From NCBI GenBank assembly GCA_963743795.1, contig CAVUQZ010000009.1, positions 4,162 to 68,161 of the forward strand: DNA of 64,000 bases, in the 5' to 3' direction. The position numbers and the translations under genes were made by a program. The notes under the pieces were generated by a model. The model did no database searches. It was not told the origin of the DNA and was given only the letters and a program-made list of their open reading frames with translations. The DNA comes from an uncultured Chloroflexia bacterium. Lineage in GTDB: Bacteria > Chloroflexota > Limnocylindria > Limnocylindrales > CSP1-4. Shown in pieces: positions 55,684-64,000 of the stretch; the first letter of the stretch is position 1; each line of letters opens with the position of its first letter.

Positions 55684-56785
55684 CTACCAGCCCAGGGCGC
55701 GCATCACGCCGGCCGTGGTCGGCGCCGCTTCGAGGATCGCGCCGGCGCCGCCGGCGGTTCGCTCGGCCGTCTCCGGGTCCTTGAGGCCGTGGCCCGTGAG
55801 GACGCAGACGACGGTGGCGTCACGGTCGATCCGCCCCGCCCCGGCCAGCTTGCATGATACCCGCCAGGCTGGCCGCCGAGGCGGGCTCGCAGAAGACTCC
55901 CTGGCTCGTGGCGAGCTCCCGATAGGCCGCCACGATCTCGTCGTCCGTGACCGTCTCGATGAGCCCGCCCGACTCGTCGCGAGCGGCCACGGCCTGCTTC
56001 CATGACGCCGGATTGCCGATGCGGATGGCCGTGGCGATGGTCTCGGGCTTCTCGACGGGGTGGCCGAGCACGATCGGCGCGGCGCCGGCGGCCTGGAAGC
56101 CGTACATGCGCGGCCTCGCCGAGATACGGCCGGCGGCCTGGTAGCGGTTGAAGCCGGCCCAGTAGGCGGTGATGTTGCCGGCGTTCCCGACGGGGATGGC
56201 CAGGATGTCGGGCGCGGCGCCCAGGTCGTCGCAGACTTCGAAGGCGGCGGTGGTCTGGCCCGCGATACGGTAGGGGTTGACCGAGTTGACCAGCGTGACC
56301 GGATGGTCGCGCTGCTCGGCCATCTCGCGAACGACCTGGAGGGCTTCGTCGAAGTTGCCGTCGACGGCCACGACTTTCGCGCCGGCGGCGATGGCCTGGA
56401 TCAGCTTGCCCAGGGCGATCTTGCCCTTGGGCAGCACGACGATCACCTCCAGCCCGGCCGCCGCGCCGTACGCCGCGGCGGAGGCCGACGTGTTCCCGGT
56501 GGAGGCGCAGATGACCGCCTTCGCGCCCTCCTCGACCGCCTTCGAGATGGCCACGACCATGCCCCGGTCCTTGAACGAGCCGGTCGGGTTCATGCCCTCG
56601 TACTTGGCGTACAGGTTGGCCACGCCGATGCGGGCCCCAATGTGGTCCAGGCGGACCAGAGGCGTGAAGCCCTCGCCCAGGCTGATGATCGGAGTGGCGT
56701 CGGTGACGGGCAGGAACTCCCGATAGCGCTCGACCAGGCGCGGGCGGGCTGCGTGGGCGACGGAGAGGTTGGCGGGCATGGACAC
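55684..56785 (-). CDS. thrC: Threonine synthase, one frameshift near 55830-55850
   Basis: LGEGFTPLV, YEGMNPTGSFKDRGM, ASTGNTSASAAAYGA, PVGNAGNI. The C-terminus VVCVLTGHGLKDP was hand-translated in a second frame, with stop TAG at 55684-55686. Confidence 0.9.
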
Positions 56786-56800
56786 GGCGGGTGGCTCCGG

Positions 56801-58126
56801 CTACGAGGTCAGGATCGGATAGATGGGCACGTCGCGGTCCGGATCGATGAGCGGCTCGATGGCGTCGCGGACCTCGGCCAGCGGCACCGGCCTCGTCTGA
56901 ACCGCCACCCACGTCCGGCTCCGATGACGCGGGACGCTGCTCGGAGGCGGAGCGGCCATCTGCTCGGCGAGTCGACCCGGGACCTCGTCGGGCAGCACGC
57001 CCGGCAGGCAGACGTACCACGGCCGCCTCACTGTGGCGCGGTCGTCGGCGAGGACGACCAGCTCCGGTGCGGCTGGCGGAAGGTCCGCCCAGGTGGACAG
57101 GCCGCTCCGGACCACCTCGAGGAGGTCGGCCAGGACGGCGCTGCTCGTGGCTGGTCCGCCGGCGCCGGGGCCTTCGAAGGAGACGCGGCCGACGGGATCG
57201 GCATCGACCTCCAGTCGATTGAGCACGCCGTCGGTGCGACCCAGCGGCGCGGCCGACAGGGACCGCGGAGGTCATCACCGAGCCCGCCAGCCCGAAGTGA
57301 CGGCTCGGCGGTGCCCGGCGTGCTGGCAGTGGCAACCAGTCGAATCGCCAGGTTCAACGCGACAGCGCCGGCGATGTCGGCGGCCGAGACTCCGGTGATG
57401 CCGGGCTTGCCGTCGCCGCGCAGCGAGGGCGGGCGGGCGATGACGGAGTCGATCTCGGGCCACGCCCCAAAGGCCAGCCGGGTCAGGACCGCGAGCTTGT
57501 TGGCGGCATCGTGGCCTTCCACGTCGGCTCTCGGGTCGCGCTCGGCGTAGCCCTGCGCCTGGGCGGCGGCCAGGACCTCCTCGTAGCTGCGTTTCGCCTG
57601 CATCATCTCGGTCAGGATGAAGTTGGTGCTGCCGTTGACGATGCCGCGCACGCGGCGGATGTGGTTGGCGGCGAGACCGCGGGCGATGGTGTCCAGGACC
57701 GGCGTGCCGCCGCAGACCGCGGCTTCGTAGCGAAGGGCCGTACCGGCGGCTCGGGCGATCGATTCCAGCTCGGCGCCGTGATGGGCCAGGACGTGCTTGT
57801 TGGCCGTGACGACCGGCTTGCCGCGCCTTCAGCGCCGCGGCGATGAGCGACAGGGCCGGTTCGTCTCCTCCAAGCAGCTCGACGACGACGTCCACGTCCT
57901 CGCGCCCGACCACGGCCACCGCATCCGGCACGATGAGCTCGCGTGGCAGGCCGCGGTCCACCGCGCCCTGGACGTTGAGATCGGCCATGGCCACCAGTTC
58001 GAGCATCCGGCCGCCGGCCGGACCGATGCGCCGGTCGGGGCTGCGGAGGAAGCCGCGGGCCACCTCCGCGCCGACGGTGCCCACGCCGAGGATCGCGACA
58101 CGAACGGGTCGTTGCTCGGAGGGCAT
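56801..58126 (-). pseudogene. hom: Homoserine dehydrogenase, at least 3 frame changes
   Basis: VRVAILGVGTVGAEV (57275..58153 frame). GIVNGSTNFILTEM...GYAERDPRADVEGHDAANKLAVL (57028..57651). C-terminal ACT-like part (56801..57226). Confidence 0.85.
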
Positions 58127-58275
58127 GGACTGCTCGACTGGGGCCAGCGGCACCGAGGTGGAACCGCAGCCGAGGTGACGGACTGGCTGTGCGTCGTCTC
58201 GGAATGGTACCCGAGGCGTCGCTCACTCTGCCCGAAAGCGCGGGCCGGACGACGCCTTGCCCGGCCCCCGTCCGG

Positions 58276-58281
58276 TACACT
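58276..58281 (+). promoter_or_regulatory. Candidate -10 hexamer (TACACT) 7 nt upstream of the trpS ATG
   Basis: tacact-cgcggcc-ATG(58289). Confidence 0.3.
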
Positions 58282-58288
58282 CGCGGCC

Positions 58289-59326
58289 ATGACCACCGAC
58301 GCCGCCGCCACGTCCGTCCCTCGCGCGCCGACCCTGCCACCCAAGCCGCGCGCCTTCAGCGGCATCCAGCCGAGCGGGGTCATGCATCTCGGCAACGACC
58401 TCGGCGCGGTCCGCAACTACGTCGCTCTCCAGGACCGGGGCGTCGCCGAAGGCTTCGAGACGATCTACTGCGTGGTGGACTACCACGCCCTGACCCACGT
58501 CCACGATCCGGAGATACTCCGCCGGCAGACGCTCGAGATGGCCGCCTCGCTAATCGCCCTCGGTCTCGACCCGAACAAGTGCACTCTCTTCGTCCAGTCG
58601 GACCGGCCCGAGGTCACCGAGCTGTGCTGGCTCTTCAACACCGTCACCCCGGTCGGCTGGCTGCAGCGCACGCCCACGTACAAGGAGAAGCGGGAGAACC
58701 AGCCCGAGGACGTCAACCACGGTCTGCTGACCTACCCCGTACTCCAGGCCGCGGACATCGTCATCTACAAGGCCTCACTGGTGCCGGTCGGCAGGGATCA
58801 GGCCGCCCACCTGGAGTTGAGTCGCGAAATCGTGCGCGCCTTCAACGCCCGATACGGCGAGACCTTCCCGGAGCCGAAGGCGGTCTACACGGAAGCCCCC
58901 GTCGTGCTGGGCACGGACGGCCAGCGCAAGATGAGCAAGTCGCTCCGGAACACGATCGAAGTCCTGGCCGAGCCGGATCTCATCCGCAAGCAGGTCATGT
59001 CGATGGTGACCGACACCCAGCGGATCCTTCGAACAGACCCGGGTCGGCCGGAGGTCTGCAACGTCTGCCAGATGCATCGCTTCTTCGGCGACGACTACGA
59101 GTACATCTGGGAAGGCGAGCGAACGGCCCGCACCGGCTGCGTCGACAACAAGAAGCTGCTGGCCGACCGGATCATCGCCCACTACGCGCCCGCCCGGGAG
59201 ACCTATCGCGAGCTGACCGCCGATCCGGCTCGACTGCGCCGAATCCTGGACGAGGGGGCCGAACGGATTCGCCCAATCGCTCAGGCCACGATGGTCGAGG
59301 TCCGAGAACGGATGGGACTCCGCTAG
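58289..59326 (+). CDS. trpS: Tryptophan--tRNA ligase
   Basis: FSGIQPSGVMHLGN (HIGH-type), KMSKS, full-length class-I fold. The ORF-track start 57797 is shadow sequence. Confidence 0.95.
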   Translation: MTTDAAATSVPRAPTLPPKPRAFSGIQPSGVMHLGNDLGAVRNYVALQDRGVAEGFETIYCVVDYHALTHVHDPEILRRQTLEMAASLIALGLDPNKCTLFVQSDRPEVTELCWLFNTVTPVGWLQRTPTYKEKRENQPEDVNHGLLTYPVLQAADIVIYKASLVPVGRDQAAHLELSREIVRAFNARYGETFPEPKAVYTEAPVVLGTDGQRKMSKSLRNTIEVLAEPDLIRKQVMSMVTDTQRILRTDPGRPEVCNVCQMHRFFGDDYEYIWEGERTARTGCVDNKKLLADRIIAHYAPARETYRELTADPARLRRILDEGAERIRPIAQATMVEVRERMGLR

Positions 59327-59400
59327 GACCTCTGCAGCCATCCTCGGGCTGGCGGTCCGTCGTACCATCTGCTCGACCAGCCCGCCGAGGATCGAAGGTC

Positions 59401-60870
59401 ATGACCGAGCAGCCAGCTCCGCCGCCGTACACGCTGACCCCGCGCGAGCATCGCTGGCTAACCGCCCTCCTCATCCTGGCGACGCTGACGTTCGCCTTCG
59501 TCGTCATCGATTACGCGGGGAAGTACCTCACGTACTTCAACGACGTGATCATGGTGTTCTTCCTCGCGTGGCTGCTCGCCTTCATCCTCAGCCCGATCGC
59601 CAACGGCCTGGTTCACCTTTTCCCGCGCCTGCCGCGGGCCATCGCCGTCGTGATCGTATACAGCCTGCTGATCGTCATCCTGATCACGGCCGTCCTGCTC
59701 ATCGCCCAGCAGCTGTACTCGTCGATCAACAACCTGATCCATGACAAGGCCTTCAACGATCCGGAGCATCTGCGCAAGATCCTCGACCCGCTGCAGGCGA
59801 GACTGAACGATCTCGGCGGCAGCCGGATCAGCCTCTACGACCAGGTCAATCAGCTCCTGACGAACCTCAAGAGCGGCGCCAGCGACCTCACCAAACCGCT
59901 GGGCGACATCGCGGTAGCCAGCCTCGGCATCTTCGGCAACCTGCTCTTCATCTTCTTCCTGTCGCTGTACATGGCCGTGGACCGCGAACGGATCGCTCGC
60001 TTCCTCTTCCGCATCGTCCCGGTGAACTACACGGACGAGGCGCAACTGCTCGAGCACAGCGTTTCCCGCTCATTCGGCGGCTTCCTGCGCGGCGAAGCCC
60101 TCATGGGGATCATGTACGGCCTGATTTCGATGGTCGCCAGCGTCCTCTTCGGTCTGCCCTACATGCCGGTCACGGCCGTCTCATCGGGTGGGCTGCAGAT
60201 GATCCCGTTCTTCGGGCCCTTCGTCTCGTGGACGCCGCCGGTGCTCATGGCCATCTTCCTCAAGCCGGATGCCGCGTTGCCCGTCCTGATCATCATGGTC
60301 GTGGGCTGGTTCGTGCTGATGAACATCGTCCAGCCGCGGCTCATGGCTGAAGCCGTAGGCCTTCACCCGGTGGTGGTCCTGGGTTCGGTCATGATCGGCG
60401 GCAAGATCGACGGCATCCCCGGCGCGATCTTCGCCGTCCCGATTGCGGCAGTCATCGCCGCGTTCTTCTTCTATTACCTGGGACGCAACCGTGACATCGC
60501 GTCCGTGGCCCTGCGCGCCGCCAGACGCGTCGAGGAGCGCGAGGGCCATCCGATCAGAGTGCCGCGCTTGCCGCAGGCGGGTGAGGACCAGGAGGTCGAG
60601 CCCGAGGGCGCTCCCATCATGGCCAACACAATTCGGCGCCGCGCCCGACCAGCCAGCGCGTCAACAGCCCAGGCTCGGCAGGTCGCCCCGCCCGATCAAT
60701 CGCCCGGAGCCCGCCCCGTAGGTCGCTCGCGCCTGCTCCAGCGAGACCCGGCGCTTTGGCGGTCGTCAGGACTTGGCGACCTTCGACAGGGCGGCGACGA
60801 TGCTCACGAATGTCGCCTGGCTCACGTTGGTGCCCGTGGCCGTGTAGCCCTGAGCCGTCCCCGGACCTGA
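59401..60870 (+). CDS. AI-2E family transporter (PerM-like permease); true stop uncertain
   Basis: ATG 59401 with gaagg SD and about 8 TM helices typical of the family. The last roughly 100 aa are Arg/Pro-rich and overlap the convergent lipoprotein gene, so the 3' end may be an artefact. Confidence 0.8.
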   Translation: MTEQPAPPPYTLTPREHRWLTALLILATLTFAFVVIDYAGKYLTYFNDVIMVFFLAWLLAFILSPIANGLVHLFPRLPRAIAVVIVYSLLIVILITAVLLIAQQLYSSINNLIHDKAFNDPEHLRKILDPLQARLNDLGGSRISLYDQVNQLLTNLKSGASDLTKPLGDIAVASLGIFGNLLFIFFLSLYMAVDRERIARFLFRIVPVNYTDEAQLLEHSVSRSFGGFLRGEALMGIMYGLISMVASVLFGLPYMPVTAVSSGGLQMIPFFGPFVSWTPPVLMAIFLKPDAALPVLIIMVVGWFVLMNIVQPRLMAEAVGLHPVVVLGSVMIGGKIDGIPGAIFAVPIAAVIAAFFFYYLGRNRDIASVALRAARRVEEREGHPIRVPRLPQAGEDQEVEPEGAPIMANTIRRRARPASASTAQARQVAPPDQSPGARPVGRSRLLQRDPALWRSSGLGDLRQGGDDAHECRLAHVGARGRVALSRPRT

Positions 60871-61492
60871 CGTAGATCGCGAACCCGCCGCCGGAGACTG
60901 AGTCGAGCGCGCCCGACAGCCCTCCGAAATGGCCAGTCCCGATGACCGAGGTGTGGGGTGAGCAGGCGGCGGCGCTCGTGGTGCAGAAGGCGCCCTCCTG
61001 GATGACGATCTGGCTCCCGCCCGGACCTTTGTAGGTAGCTGTTAGCTGTCCGCCGTTTGGCTGCGTGTAGTTGGCCGAGGCAAAGAACCAGCCCGACGGC
61101 ATCACGCCGCAGTACACCGCAAACGGCAGCTGGTTGGCCGCGTCGGCAAAGAAGGCCTGCTTGTCTGCGCCCCCGGAGCACAACGCTGCGGGGCCGGCCG
61201 GACCGGGCGTCGGAGTCGGCTTGGGAGTCGGAGTCGGCTTGGGAGTCGGAGTGGGGGCGCCGGGCTCCGGGGTCGGCGTTGGCGCAGGCGTCGGAGTCGG
61301 CGTCGGAGTCGGCTCGGGCGTCGCCGTTGGCTCAGGCGTCGGCGGGGCAGGCGTCGGAGTCGTGTAGATGACGATCGGCGACGGCTTTGCGCTGCTGCAA
61401 GCCGCCGCTACCAGGCAGAGGGTCATCGCCGCGGCGAGGATCCGGTAGGCGCGCGGGCGTCGGGAATTCACGGGTAGTCCTCGGTTGTTCAC
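60766..61492 (-). CDS. Lipoprotein with a Pro/Thr-rich linker, frameshift near 60855
   Basis: LCLVAAAC lipobox, a PTPxP linker, then a globular domain. The C-terminus GYTATGTNVSQATFVSIVAALSKVAKS was hand-translated in a second frame, with its stop at 60766-60768. Confidence 0.6.
61196..61366. repeat. Degenerate short tandem repeats (ggagtcgg / ggcgtcgg units) encoding the PT-rich linker
   Basis: Read directly, e.g. cggagtcggcttgggagtcggagtcggcttgggagtcggagt. Confidence 0.7.
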
Positions 61493-61572
61493 GTCTCCCC
61501 CAATCTCGTGATGCCGGCGCCGGGAGGGGCCGGATCGCCCTCGACCAGAACGCCTATTCGAACCCGGCTGGC

Positions 61573-61848
61573 TCAGGCGGGGACGGCCGGCTGAGTGGTG
61601 AAGATCGACACCTGCGCGCCTTCGGGGAGCATCACGCCCAGAATCTTCTGCAGGGCAAGGACGTGGACGCAGGAACCCCAGCTCTCAAAGAAGTGGCAAG
61701 TGCATTGCCAGGTTTCGCCGTCGAGTCGAACCGTATGGGTGTCGTTGTCGCCTTTGAACGTGACCGCGAGCTGTCCGAATGAGATCCGATCCAACTCGCG
61801 CGCGTAGCGGTTCGCCTTCTCGACCTTCCCGATGAGAGAGCTGTGCAT
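61573..61848 (-). CDS. SWIM zinc-finger protein (91 aa)
   Basis: WQCTCHFFESWGSCVHVLA matches CxCx(n)CxH. ggaggg SD upstream. Confidence 0.75.
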   Translation of the reverse strand: MHSSLIGKVEKANRYARELDRISFGQLAVTFKGDNDTHTVRLDGETWQCTCHFFESWGSCVHVLALQKILGVMLPEGAQVSIFTTQPAVPA

Positions 61849-62032
61849 TGCCGAAACCCTCCGTCGCCCTGCCTGCCCCGAAGAGGTCCCGTCCGGTCGC
61901 GTTGTCGCGGCCGCCGGCTCCAGGTCCTCACTGTACAGCTGCGAGCCAAGAGAGGGCTGACCGGCCGGACTGTCAGGCGCGACGTCACACGGCGGCGGGA
62001 GGTTACGGTTTGGTTCGGTCGCCGGCGATCGT

Positions 62033-63514
62033 CTACGCGCCCCGGACGATCCTCTCGCCGACCGCCAGGTTGGCGTCCACGGCGGCGTTCGAGACGGCCT
62101 CCGTGTAGACCCGCACGAGCGGCTCCGTGCCGCTGAATCGGATCAGGAGCCACGACCCGTCGGCGGAGAAGAACTTGAAACCGTCGTTCGTGGACAGAGT
62201 CTGAGTCCGAACGACGGGACTGCCGGCCAGGTCGGGCGGCGCCTTCTGCGGCAGCTCGACGAGCAGGCGGCTCTTCAGCGCCGGGTAGACGGCCCGATCG
62301 AAGTGGACGTCCACCCGCCGATAGCTCGACGGGCCGGCGATCTCGTGGAGGTGGGCCAGGGCCTTCGAGACCGGCCAGCGACCGGCCTCCTTCTCCCGCA
62401 GGAACAGGTCCAGCAGCATCAGATCGGCGAAGATCCCGTCGCGTTCCGGCAGGTGCATGCCGAACCCAAAGCCGCCGGATTCCTCGCCGCCCATCATCGC
62501 CCCGGTTTCGATCATCTTGGGCCCGACGTACTTGAACCCGACCGGGACCTCGTGTACAGCCACGCCGTAGCGTTCGCCCAGCCGCTCGGCCATCGACGTC
62601 TCGTTTACCGTCTTCACGACGGGGTCGCGGAGGCCCCGATGCTCGATCAGGTAGTACATGAGCAGGGCGTACACCTGGAGAGTGGTGATGAATACGCCCC
62701 GCTCGTCGGCGGCGCCGGACCGATCCGCGTCGCCATCCAGGAGCAGTCCCAGATCCGCGTGCCCGGTCACGATCGCGGCGAGGGCTTCGTCGACGTTGGG
62801 CGGGATAGGCTCGGGATTGACGCCGCCGAAATAGGGGTTGCGTTCCGAGTGGATCTCCCTGACGCGGATGCGGCCTCCGGCAAGGAGACGCGGAATCCAG
62901 GTGGCCCCGCAACCGAAGAGCGGATCGACCAGGAGGTCTATCTCGGCGGCCCGCAGGCGGTCCAGGTCCAGGTTCCGGCCGATGAACTCCCGGTACGCGT
63001 CGAAAGGGTCGTACCGCTCGACCAGTCCGGCCGCCTCGGCGTCCGCGAATGGGCGCGTCTCGATGTCGCCTGCGGCTCCTGCTGCGATGCGAGCCTCGAT
63101 GTCGGCCAGCATCTCCGGCCCGGCCGCGGCTCCCGTGGGTGACTTGATCTTGAAGCCGTTGTCGGTCCAGGGGTTGTGGCTGGCCGTGATCACGATGCCG
63201 GCCGCGGCCCGTCGCTGGACGACCTCGAACGAGGACATCTGTGTGGGCACGGCGTGGGAGGCGAAGACTATCGGTATGTCGTGGGCCAGAACCACCTCGG
63301 CCGCGGCGGCCGCGAAATGCTCGCTGCCGAACCGCCGGTCGTAGGCGAAGACGATGCCGCGGGCCTGCTGTCCGCTGTCGACCACGTACTCGGCCACTGC
63401 CCGGGCGCAGCGGCGGACGTTGACGAACGTGTAGTCGTCGGCGATCTTGGCGCGCCAGCCGTCCGTGCCGAAGACGATGCGGGTTGGCTCGGCGACGGTT
63501 GGGGTGAGGCTCAC
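62033..63514 (-). CDS. Phosphomannomutase/phosphoglucomutase (alpha-D-phosphohexomutase)
   Basis: GTDGWRA, GIVITASHNPWTDNGFK (active-site Ser loop), DGDADR, GEESGG. Confidence 0.9.
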   Translation of the reverse strand: MSLTPTVAEPTRIVFGTDGWRAKIADDYTFVNVRRCARAVAEYVVDSGQQARGIVFAYDRRFGSEHFAAAAAEVVLAHDIPIVFASHAVPTQMSSFEVVQRRAAAGIVITASHNPWTDNGFKIKSPTGAAAGPEMLADIEARIAAGAAGDIETRPFADAEAAGLVERYDPFDAYREFIGRNLDLDRLRAAEIDLLVDPLFGCGATWIPRLLAGGRIRVREIHSERNPYFGGVNPEPIPPNVDEALAAIVTGHADLGLLLDGDADRSGAADERGVFITTLQVYALLMYYLIEHRGLRDPVVKTVNETSMAERLGERYGVAVHEVPVGFKYVGPKMIETGAMMGGEESGGFGFGMHLPERDGIFADLMLLDLFLREKEAGRWPVSKALAHLHEIAGPSSYRRVDVHFDRAVYPALKSRLLVELPQKAPPDLAGSPVVRTQTLSTNDGFKFFSADGSWLLIRFSGTEPLVRVYTEAVSNAAVDANLAVGERIVRGA

Positions 63515-64000
63515 TGCTTATCCTCTGTGGCTGGAGGTGTCCGGCTGGAGCTCATAAGCTCCTGGGCGATTCCCCGGACGTCCTGCGAGCGCTCGGCAGA
63601 GCAGATGAGCAGAGCCTCCGGCGTGTCGACCACGATGGTGTCGCCCAGGCCGATCGTAACGACCAGGCGATCTCCTGCGAGAACCAGGGTGCCTTTGGAT
63701 CCCAGGTCGCGACGGTTTCCGCGTCCCACCGCACCAGGCGCGACGGAATCCGTCTGGGGCGCGCCGAACCGGGCCGAGCTGGGGGCGCCCGGGGCGGACT
63801 CGGCGGCGGCCGCCTCGAGCGCGGCGGCATGCCAGATGTCCCTGAGCGCAGCCCAGCTGCCCAGGTCGCTCCAGCCCACGTCCATCGGCACCACGGCGAC
63901 GCCGCCCTCCACAGATGCCGGCTCCATGACCGCGTAGTCGATCGACGTCGCCCTGATGGCGGGATAGGCAGCCGCGAGATCGGCCGGAGTTCCGGCAGCG
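63511..64000 (-). CDS. Mannose-1-phosphate guanylyltransferase-like, C-terminal part; gene continues past the window end
   Basis: VVPMDVGWSDLGSWAAL and TIVVDTPEALLICSAERSQDV are typical of the ManC C-terminus. The frame is open to position 64000, and its stop overlaps the downstream ATG. Confidence 0.7.
   Translation of the reverse strand, partial: AAGTPADLAAAYPAIRATSIDYAVMEPASVEGGVAVVPMDVGWSDLGSWAALRDIWHAAALEAAAAESAPGAPSSARFGAPQTDSVAPGAVGRGNRRDLGSKGTLVLAGDRLVVTIGLGDTIVVDTPEALLICSAERSQDVRGIAQELMSSSRTPPATEDKQ

Noticed and set aside
58154-58288. Possible T-box leader upstream of trpS. ggaatggtaccc resembles the T-box core GGUGGUACC and sits in the loop of a 12-bp hairpin, and a UGG lies upstream.
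   Set aside because: The spacer is only about 135 nt and is shared with the divergent hom start. No recognisable Stem I or specifier architecture is present. A TACACT hexamer 7 nt from the ATG argues for a leaderless transcript, leaving no room for a riboswitch.

Overview
This is a 64 kb window of very GC-rich bacterial chromosome, roughly 65-70% GC by eye. Gene content and promoter style look Actinobacteria- or Chloroflexota-like, but taxonomy cannot be settled from sequence alone.

Most of the window is housekeeping:
- rph, a broken rdgB, an O-antigen-ligase-like membrane protein and a macro-domain protein
- two tRNA-Pro genes
- saccharopine-dehydrogenase-like, YdeI, a GH1 beta-glucosidase, a class-V aminotransferase, galK, a GGDEF cyclase and a Cys/Met PLP enzyme
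- type III glutamine synthetase and an S9 peptidase
- a Kelch anti-sigma/ECF sigma pair and an LCP protein
- a roughly 12.5 kb minus-strand operon: ask-birA-sigma-antisigma-accD-accA-(Lys-less BCCP)-accC-fabZ-phosphoesterase-fabF-accB-fabH-fabG
- a dienelactone hydrolase, two tandem acidic repeat proteins, thrH, thrC, hom, trpS, an AI-2E permease, a PT-rich lipoprotein, a SWIM protein, a phosphohexomutase and a partial manC

The main accessory feature is a 14.1 kb lower-GC island (20478-34553). It sits at the 3' end of tRNA-Pro(CGG) and is bounded by a 22-bp imperfect direct repeat of the tRNA 3' end. It carries:
- a large serine recombinase, a RepA-like AAA_25 ATPase and a beta-class N4/N6 methyltransferase
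- an RM-like trio: an m6A methyltransferase, a circularly permuted m5C methyltransferase, and a nuclease with a DUF3883-like PD-(D/E)xK C-terminus and an unrecognised N-terminus
- several small or unknown genes: GIY-YIG, a 233-aa protein, a 327-aa protein, a Zn-ribbon-DUF4145 protein and a membrane protein

Caveat: at least 20 genes, including clearly essential ones, need frame changes to be read. This fits indel errors in the assembly better than real pseudogenes. Coordinates of disrupted genes are therefore envelopes, and many long ORFs in the track are GC-driven shadow frames.
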